This document shows positions 57,207-64,000 of a stretch of 64,000 nucleotides of DNA, one piece after another. The position numbers were made by a program, and so were the translations under genes. The stretch comes from an uncultured Verrucomicrobiae bacterium (GTDB lineage Bacteria; Verrucomicrobiota; Verrucomicrobiia; Chthoniobacterales; Chthoniobacteraceae), in assembly GCA_963828525.1 (NCBI GenBank), contig CAWHEP010000009.1:64001-128000 (forward strand), read 5' to 3'. The notes under the pieces are model-generated. The model searched no databases. It saw nothing but the letters and a program-made list of their open reading frames with translations, and had not been told where the DNA came from. Numbering within the stretch: the first letter of the stretch is position 1; every line of letters begins with the position of its first letter.

Positions 57207-58787
57207 TTAAAGACCGGAGGGCGCGCGGTGAGCGCACGCGAACACCCGGATGGCGCGAAGCGGCTGTTGATGCCTCTCAACCTGGTAGAAGGCGACTTGC
57301 GAAATCGAGCTGAACGATTTGCAAATACTGGCTGGCGGAAAGCTCTCGCGATCCGTGACGTAGAGAGCGTCTCCATCTCCAAGCGCGCCCGGATTGGGAC
57401 TGGAGTAGTAACTCGGCCAGAAGGAATACTGGCTGTCCGGCTCCGGAGTCTCAGGCGTATACACAGGAGGAGCCCACGGCTTCACCGGGGAGGAGAGCGG
57501 AAGCGAAAAGGCGATCTCCGAAGCCGCGCCATAGTTATTGGCGATGAGAAAAGGCCTTCTGCCTGAAGCATCAGCGAAGTGGTCGCGCAAGTTTCCGACT
57601 GCATGCGAAATAGTTTCCCAACCCCTCAGCCGGGCGCTCGGATCCATGCCATACGGATACGACGCGGCGAGTCGCCCCGGCAGCAGCGCCCTGGGTCCTG
57701 CCGTCAACCTCCAGGCGGCGTCCATATCCGAGATGGCGAGCCCCATGCAGATTCCAATGGCCAACGCCATCACAGCGAATCCTCCCAAGCTTTTTCTCTC
57801 GCGCGCGGCATTGTGCCACACCGCCACGGTAAAGATGCCAAGACTGATGAACGCTGGGGCGGTCCAGTTCGGCTGACCGGCCTTCCGTAACGACAGCACC
57901 ACATACAGAATTGCCAGGGGCAATCCAAACCAGAGGAGAAATGGAGTTGCGTCCCCGTTCCGGACTTCGTTCCTTCCAGCCCAGAGGGCAATCAGCAAGC
58001 CCGCGAATATGAGAGGCGAATAAACCGCAAAATGAGCCCCAATAAAGGAAAGCGCCTCCAAAGGCCGTATCGTGAAAGGGGTGTCCAGGTGCCCTCGCGC
58101 TCTTAGATGCAACATTGTGACCCAACCGTGCCGGGCGTTCCATAGCAACGGTGGGAGGGCACAGGCCGAGAAGGCGAGGAGCATCGACCAGAAGCCAGTC
58201 CGAGCCAACTCACGACGGTAATTCTTTGTAAACGCCAAAAGCAGAAGCACGGACAGCAACTCCATGGCGTTGGTGTATTTGCACAAGAAACCAAAACCGA
58301 TCAGAAGCCCGGTGACGGGCCAGTAGAAGCTGAATCGCCCTGTTCTTTCAAGGGCAAGCCAGAATGTCCAAAGTGCCGCAGCCCAGAAAAATATTGATAA
58401 CGGATCGATCGTCATCAACACGCTCCCAACCTGAAAGATAGGCGTGGCGTTTAATAGAATAACGGCCCAGATGGCGATACTTTCGCTAGATACAACACCC
58501 CACCCCGGAAACACGCGCCGAGTCAGGAAGAAGACGAACCCGCTCGTGCCGAAAGAAAGAAGGGGACTAAAGAAGCGGATGCCAAAAGGGTTGTCGCCAA
58601 AAAGCATCGTCCCGGCGCGGATTGCAAGCGCTACTCCGGGTCCCTTGCTGAAATAGCAAATAGCGAGATTTTTCGACCACAAGAGATAGTAAGCTTCATC
58701 CGGGGCGAGCGGGAGCGCGCTTGCAAGAAGCCAGCGCAGGATCGTCAGCGCCGCGAGGAACAGCAGAAGCCAGCGTGAAGGTTTCAA
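57207..58787 (-). CDS. GT39/ArnT-like (PMT_2) membrane glycosyltransferase
   Basis: PDEAYYLLWS..L...YFSKGP, MTIDP, LCKYT, PPLLWNARHGW, QPNW, SQYSFW. Confidence 0.87.
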   Translation of the reverse strand: MKPSRWLLLFLAALTILRWLLASALPLAPDEAYYLLWSKNLAICYFSKGPGVALAIRAGTMLFGDNPFGIRFFSPLLSFGTSGFVFFLTRRVFPGWGVVSSESIAIWAVILLNATPIFQVGSVLMTIDPLSIFFWAAALWTFWLALERTGRFSFYWPVTGLLIGFGFLCKYTNAMELLSVLLLLAFTKNYRRELARTGFWSMLLAFSACALPPLLWNARHGWVTMLHLRARGHLDTPFTIRPLEALSFIGAHFAVYSPLIFAGLLIALWAGRNEVRNGDATPFLLWFGLPLAILYVVLSLRKAGQPNWTAPAFISLGIFTVAVWHNAARERKSLGGFAVMALAIGICMGLAISDMDAAWRLTAGPRALLPGRLAASYPYGMDPSARLRGWETISHAVGNLRDHFADASGRRPFLIANNYGAASEIAFSLPLSSPVKPWAPPVYTPETPEPDSQYSFWPSYYSSPNPGALGDGDALYVTDRESFPPASICKSFSSISQVAFYQVERHQQPLRAIRVFACAHRAPSGL

Positions 58788-60118
58788 GCAGGCGCCGGGG
58801 TATGGCAGATCCGCTGCTCAAGACGCATTTTGATTCCGTATTTGGCTCGAAGCGTCAGTTGCGGTTGCAAAGCGATTCTCTGGCTCGGAAGAGTCATCGC
58901 GCGATATCGCCGCGCCAGGGTGGCAAGGCACAGAACGCCTTCGGCCTTTGCGAAGGACTCTCCGAGACAGGAACGCGATCCCGCGGAAAAAGGGAAATAT
59001 GAGAACTTCGGGCGAGCCGCCCTGGATTCCGCCGTCCAGCGATCAGGGTCGAAGCGCGAAGGATCAGGAAAGAACCGCGGATCGCGTTGCGTGACATATG
59101 GCGAGACAATGACGATCGCTCCGGCGGGCAGATCAAAGCCTCCAACGCGACAGTTCTCGACTGCTCGCCGCCCAACGGCCCAAAGGGGCGGGTATAATCG
59201 CAGGGCTTCCGCGAAAATCATCTCTGTATAAACAAGCCGTGGATAATCTTCCATGCGCGGCTCCCGACCCGCTGGTATCCGGTCCACCTCTTCGTGGAAG
59301 CGCGCCTCAACTTGGGGATGCAGGGAGAGCAAATACCAGCTCCACGCGAGGGCGTTTGCGGTTGTTTCATGCCCAGCGAGAAAGATCGTCATCACCTCAT
59401 CACGAATCTGCCGGTCTGTCATTCGCGTCTGCTCTTCTTCCCCGGCCCTCAGAAGCATGGAAAGAAGATCACCGGCGTCTTGCCCACTCTTTCGCCGATT
59501 TTCGATAATGCGGAAAATTGTCGCATCGAGCCGGGCGCATGCCCTCTCGAAATCGGGCCGGTCAGCTTCTGGAAGAGTGGATTTTTCAAACTGATCAAGA
59601 ATTTCGCCCAACGCGATACGCACCTCCTCGGCGTCGGAATCCACATTCGCGCCAAAAAGCGCGCGCGCCACGATGTTCATGGCGAGCCAGTTCATCTCCG
59701 CGCACATATCGACTGTTTGGCCGGGATGCCAGCGTTCGCGCAACTGGATCGACATCTCCACCATCGTCGCCGCGTAGCCCGCGACGCGCTGGCCGTGGAA
59801 CGCCGGTTGTGATAGGCGGCGCTGCTGCATGTGAAAGGCTCCCTCGCTGACGAACAAGCCTTCCCCAAGCACCTCCCGGATTCGATCCACGGCAAACCAC
59901 TTGGTGAAATTCCGTTCCTGGACAACGAGTACCTCCTTTATGAGGTCGGGCGAATTCAGGAAATAATACGTACTTTCCGGGCCGAGTTTGAAGTGGACGA
60001 TGTCGCCGTAATCCGCAGCGAGTCGGGTAAAAAAGCCGAGCGGGTCGCGCCGCATCGCAATCAGCAGGGAAGCCGCCGAGGATTCGTCCGGCCCTGGTGG
60101 CAGCGCGGCGGCGTTCAC
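58784..60118 (-). CDS. cytochrome P450
   Basis: AGHETTA I-helix, EALR (ExxR), FDPDRW, FPFSAGSRSCLG heme-thiolate Cys. Confidence 0.96.
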   Translation of the reverse strand: MNAAALPPGPDESSAASLLIAMRRDPLGFFTRLAADYGDIVHFKLGPESTYYFLNSPDLIKEVLVVQERNFTKWFAVDRIREVLGEGLFVSEGAFHMQQRRLSQPAFHGQRVAGYAATMVEMSIQLRERWHPGQTVDMCAEMNWLAMNIVARALFGANVDSDAEEVRIALGEILDQFEKSTLPEADRPDFERACARLDATIFRIIENRRKSGQDAGDLLSMLLRAGEEEQTRMTDRQIRDEVMTIFLAGHETTANALAWSWYLLSLHPQVEARFHEEVDRIPAGREPRMEDYPRLVYTEMIFAEALRLYPPLWAVGRRAVENCRVGGFDLPAGAIVIVSPYVTQRDPRFFPDPSRFDPDRWTAESRAARPKFSYFPFSAGSRSCLGESFAKAEGVLCLATLARRYRAMTLPSQRIALQPQLTLRAKYGIKMRLEQRICHTPAPA

Positions 60119-63100
60119 TTCGAGACAGCCTCCGCGGCCAACGAGGCTTTTTTATACCACTGGCCTCCCAGGATCGCGCCGAGCAATTGTCCGGCGCTTT
60201 CGCTCCAATCAATGATTGGCATTTCCCCGGGCTGAGGCACCGCGCCAGCCTGACGCAGCTTCATCCAATCGGTGACCGCCCGCGCCGCCGCCTCGGGCGA
60301 CTCGCCGGAAAAGTACCAGGCATGCTCTCCCGCGACTTCATGGAAAACAGGGAGATCTCGGGCGATGATCGGCACCCCGTGGCGGGCGGCTTCGACGAGA
60401 GGCAACCCGAATCCTTCGCCTCGGGAAGCCGCGATCAGGGCCGTCGCTCCCTTGTAGGCGTCGGTGAGTAAGCGGTCCGATGGCGCTTCAAGCCAGAAGA
60501 CGCGTTTGCCGAGCAGCGGGTGTGCCCTGAGCCTGGCGGCGAAGGCCTCCATGCTGTGGCCGTACTTGCCCACGATCACCAGATTGTGGGAAAAACCGCT
60601 GCTCCATAGCGACTCGAACGCTGCCAGCATCTGGCCGTGACCTTTGCGGGGTTCGATCGTCGACACCATCAGAAAATAAGGCTGCATGACTGCGGGTTCG
60701 TTTGATGACACCTCGCTTTTCAGCTCCTTAAACTCTCCGGCCTCGATATCCGATCCGAGATGAAAATACCCGATGTTCGGGGGGCGCTCGACCCGCGCCT
60801 GGTCGAGCCAGACCGCGAGTTCATCCGCCACAGCTCGTGAAATGCAAACCAATCCATCCGCGAGAGCCGCCAGCGAAGCGAGCCACGGGGTAAAAGGCTT
60901 CTTCACGCATTCAGGGAAGCAATCCGGCAATGTCGCGGGCAGCAAGTCGTAGATGAGAAAATACATCTTCACTCCGCGATTTCGCATCTTTGCCAGATAG
61001 ACGCTCATGAAAGGAACGATCTCGATCCCCCAATCGAGACTCAGCAGAATATCTTGCGGGCCCGTCTCCAGCGGGTCATCGGGCAGCGTCACGTCTCGCA
61101 GCGAAAGGAACTCGCATGTGAACTTCCGGGCGTAATAGTAGCGTCCTTCGCTGGCATACACCGGCTCGACCCGAAAGCCGTCCGGCGGGGACGTGAGTAG
61201 CCGCTTAAGGATGGCATGCTGCACCCGCTGGATGCCCGTGCCAAGGTTTCGCTGCGCCAGCTCCGTCACATCGACAATCATCTGGCGGGCGGCCCCCATC
61301 GGATGGGCGTTCGCCGCGATGCTTTCAGCGAGCTGGCACCAATCCGACTCCTCGGGACTGCAAGATGGCTGATCCTGTAAACGCCCGAGCGCCTCGGAGA
61401 GAATAGGCAGCAGACTATGACGACCGGCTAAAGCAAACTTTTCAACGGCATCATGGTAGGCGCTAGCGCACGCCGCGAGGCCAAGGCTTGTCGCGACATA
61501 GTGACGGGAATTTGTCCGCAGGATCGCCGCCGCTGCCTCGTCACCGCGTAAATGCTCCAGCGCGCCAGCAAGCTGCTCGTTGGTAAAAGCGTCGTCGAGG
61601 CGCAGGACAACCTCCTCGGGGAGTTCCGAGAGGGAGCCGTGCGCGTTTACTATGGATGGCACTCCATGGCTCAGGCAATCGAGGATGGCTCCGGAGCTCT
61701 CGCCTCGGGAACAGGTCCGAAGCTGCACGGCGCAATCGCAGGCTGCGAGATACAACTGGTAAATATCATCTTCCACGTATCCCGTGATGCGGATGCGGTC
61801 TCGCGTCCCTCTTCGAGAAATTTCCCGCGCAAGCTCCTCGCCGTAAGCGTCGCCGGCGTTGCTCCCCACAAAAACGAGTTTGCCCGCGGGATCGTCCGCC
61901 AGTGCTGAACTCAGCCACGCTTGAACGATGCGCAACGAGCACTTGGTGAAATCGATATGGCCGAATGAGCACACCACCCAATTCCCCGGCGCGAAGCCAA
62001 GTCGCTCTCGCGCCCGCGCGCGCTGTCCCGGCTTGGCCTCGGCGCGCAGGTGGGGAATGATAGCCCAGTCGCGCGAGGTCCCCTCCCCATACCAGGCATC
62101 CGCCAGTGACGCGGCATGTTTTGAATGGACGATAATGCCGGTGGCCCACTCCAGCGGGCGCCTGTTGCATGGGAACTCGCGGATTGCCTCCGCGCGGTTC
62201 CCCTCCCGGCTCTCCAGCAATGCCGTATAGCCGTGCGAATGGTAGAGGCTCGAATCCCAGAGGGAAGGCGATTCGCCCGAGAGTTGCGCCCACGCGAATA
62301 GAGAGCTTAGAAAAAAATCGTGAAGCGCCACGACGCCGGGATGGCGCTCCAGCAAGGCCAACATGTATTTGTGGAAAGGTGAATTCCCTAAAGAGTAGAT
62401 AATTCGGTCAAACCCGCGCGCGTTCAGATCGAACCAATCGGCCGTTCTTAATGGAAAGTTGGCCAACGTTGCGGAGTCTGCCACCCCCGACTGGTCGGTG
62501 ATGACCTCGATCTCATAGTACTTCGCCAGCCAGGGCAGCAGATCCGCGCTATATCGCGCAACGCCAGAGCGCTCAGGGGGCAGCGGAGAGACATATGCCA
62601 GCCGGGGCTTTGAGCGGGCTCTGGAACCAACGGCCACCGGGTTCGAGCCGCGCCACTCGCAAGCCTGCTCCATTGCCGAAAGAGCAAGTCGCGCGCTCTC
62701 CCGCCAGGAAAACGTTCCGCTCCTTTGCAAGCCATGCTCTCTCAACTCAGCGCGAAACCCTTCGTCGCATAAAACCTCGCTGAGCTTGCTCGCGATGGAC
62801 TCTACCTTGAAAGGGTCAAATAACGCATCCTGGCGTCCGATCACTTCCGGGATGCTAGTCGCGTTGGAACCGACCGTTGGCGCGCCGCAGGACATGGCCT
62901 CCAGCACAGGCAGACCGAACCCTTCCTCTAACGAGGGGAACACGAAGCAGGCGCAAATATTATAGAGACGCGCAAGCTCTTCATCGCTGACGTATCCCGT
63001 GAATAAGACAGCGCCGGCACGAAGACCCAGGCGCCTTAATAACGAATCCAGTTGTTCCCGATGATCAACCGCTACATCGCCAACAATCGCCAGTTGATAT

Positions 63101-63870
63101 CCAGCCTGCGCATTGTCTGGCAACGCGGCGAACGCCTCAATCAGCCGAGATACATTTTTTCTCGGCTCCGCGCCTCCGGTGTACATGACGAAAGGATGCT
63201 TAAGGGCGAATTTTTTCCGCAGCGAAGCACTCTGCTCATCCGTGATCGAAGTCTCACGGAACATGGTGTCAGCCGCGCATGGGACGGTATGGATTTTTGC
63301 GGGGTCGAGGCCTAGCAGATCGATAGCCTGCCTCCTTGTATAATCAGAAATGGCCAGGATCCCCGACGCGTTGTTGAGCTGACTGATCTTTCGCAAGTAG
63401 CGCCGACGCCACGACGCTTCGGTGAAGTAAAGATCCTGGTCCTTGAAAGGAATGAGATCGTGAAGCGTGACGGAATGCGCGACTCCCCGGTTGTCCTCTG
63501 GAATGGACGTCAGCGCATCGTCGATTGTTCCCTCGAAGAGGCTCGAGATGTGAATAACGTCGGGCCTAAGGGAGCAGAGGTAATCCTCCCGCAATATCTC
63601 GCCAGCTCTTTCCCGCCAGAAGACAGCCTCATGCGGCAACTGAAACTTCTTTGGCGCGTCCCACACCGCGAAGCGGCTGGCAGGCAGCAGTGTCGCAAAA
63701 TCCTTTTTGATGCCCTGGACCTGCTCCGGAAAAAGATTGCTGAGCGCCAGATGAATCTCGTGCCGGCCGCTGTCGCGGCACATGGCGAGCGCAAGCTCCC
63801 GGGCCTGCCGCCCGATGCCTCGTTTACGGCTGTCTGTCTGGCAGCATTGCAGATCGATTACGATCCGCAT
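60115..63870 (-). CDS. three-domain GT4 glycosyltransferase, WbdA-like (polymannan/polysaccharide polymerase)
   Basis: MRIVIDLQ...RGIGR start as in WbdA; three GT4 modules with signatures EEGFGLPVLEA, GESSGAILD and GEGFGLPLVEA. Confidence 0.88.
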   Translation of the reverse strand: MRIVIDLQCCQTDSRKRGIGRQARELALAMCRDSGRHEIHLALSNLFPEQVQGIKKDFATLLPASRFAVWDAPKKFQLPHEAVFWRERAGEILREDYLCSLRPDVIHISSLFEGTIDDALTSIPEDNRGVAHSVTLHDLIPFKDQDLYFTEASWRRRYLRKISQLNNASGILAISDYTRRQAIDLLGLDPAKIHTVPCAADTMFRETSITDEQSASLRKKFALKHPFVMYTGGAEPRKNVSRLIEAFAALPDNAQAGYQLAIVGDVAVDHREQLDSLLRRLGLRAGAVLFTGYVSDEELARLYNICACFVFPSLEEGFGLPVLEAMSCGAPTVGSNATSIPEVIGRQDALFDPFKVESIASKLSEVLCDEGFRAELREHGLQRSGTFSWRESARLALSAMEQACEWRGSNPVAVGSRARSKPRLAYVSPLPPERSGVARYSADLLPWLAKYYEIEVITDQSGVADSATLANFPLRTADWFDLNARGFDRIIYSLGNSPFHKYMLALLERHPGVVALHDFFLSSLFAWAQLSGESPSLWDSSLYHSHGYTALLESREGNRAEAIREFPCNRRPLEWATGIIVHSKHAASLADAWYGEGTSRDWAIIPHLRAEAKPGQRARARERLGFAPGNWVVCSFGHIDFTKCSLRIVQAWLSSALADDPAGKLVFVGSNAGDAYGEELAREISRRGTRDRIRITGYVEDDIYQLYLAACDCAVQLRTCSRGESSGAILDCLSHGVPSIVNAHGSLSELPEEVVLRLDDAFTNEQLAGALEHLRGDEAAAAILRTNSRHYVATSLGLAACASAYHDAVEKFALAGRHSLLPILSEALGRLQDQPSCSPEESDWCQLAESIAANAHPMGAARQMIVDVTELAQRNLGTGIQRVQHAILKRLLTSPPDGFRVEPVYASEGRYYYARKFTCEFLSLRDVTLPDDPLETGPQDILLSLDWGIEIVPFMSVYLAKMRNRGVKMYFLIYDLLPATLPDCFPECVKKPFTPWLASLAALADGLVCISRAVADELAVWLDQARVERPPNIGYFHLGSDIEAGEFKELKSEVSSNEPAVMQPYFLMVSTIEPRKGHGQMLAAFESLWSSGFSHNLVIVGKYGHSMEAFAARLRAHPLLGKRVFWLEAPSDRLLTDAYKGATALIAASRGEGFGLPLVEAARHGVPIIARDLPVFHEVAGEHAWYFSGESPEAAARAVTDWMKLRQAGAVPQPGEMPIIDWSESAGQLLGAILGGQWYKKASLAAEAVSK

Positions 63871-64000
63871 TACCGCCTTCGCCTTGATAGCTGATCGCCG
63901 CCCTCTGTCCGCCGCAGGATTTGGTATACGCGCTCGCCAGCCGCCGTTAGCCGGTGACGCGGCTCCTGCGCGCCCAACTCCGCGTCGGAGCCGGGATGTG
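63870..64000 (-). CDS. 3' end of an upstream gene coupled to the WbdA-like GT
   Basis: Open frame ...RLTAAGERVYQILRRTEGGDQLSRRRR* whose TAA overlaps the next ATG (TAATG). Confidence 0.55.
   Translation of the reverse strand, partial: HPGSDAELGAQEPRHRLTAAGERVYQILRRTEGGDQLSRRRR

Noticed and set aside
1..64000. CRISPR arrays, tRNA/rRNA genes, transposases, integrases, phage genes
   Set aside because: No regularly spaced repeats, cloverleaf/T-loop signatures or mobile-element protein motifs seen by eye; intergenic gaps are mostly too short.

Overview
Gene-dense, GC-rich bacterial chromosome segment. Gene content points to a Verrucomicrobiota organism: it has an Amuc_1098-1102-type pilus cluster, a Minf_1886-like gene and a regulatory PTS. 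From left to right it holds: partial coaE; a five-gene type IV pilus/secretin cluster whose secretin carries two compensating 1-nt indels; uxs and a priming glycosyltransferase; aroD; a complete urease operon (ureA-VOC-ureBCEFGD) followed by a response regulator; an NADP oxidoreductase, ubiX and galK; a Cys-rich DUF1573-rhodanese-MauE triplet; a ~12 kb minus-strand superoperon (unannotated 44-aa membrane protein, Minf_1886-like, M16 protease, DUF1844, kdsA, lptCAB, hpf, hprK, ptsH, ptsI, rpe, sigma-54 regulator); aguB-aguA; a decayed vapBC pair; an orphan ABC-2 permease, a C39-like protease, an MFS transporter, a TPR protein and rpsU. The last ~22 kb is a cell-envelope glycosylation locus and is the best candidate for an undescribed system. 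It has six membrane GT-C glycosyltransferases (3 GT87-like, 3 ArnT/GT39-like), a GT2-YdjC deacetylase fusion, a stand-alone condensation-type acyltransferase, a cytochrome P450 coupled to glycosyltransferases and a three-domain WbdA-like GT4, and it is interrupted by a PL4 rhamnogalacturonan lyase. I saw no rRNA, tRNA, CRISPR array or intact mobile element. All family assignments come from motif recognition by eye, not from database searches.
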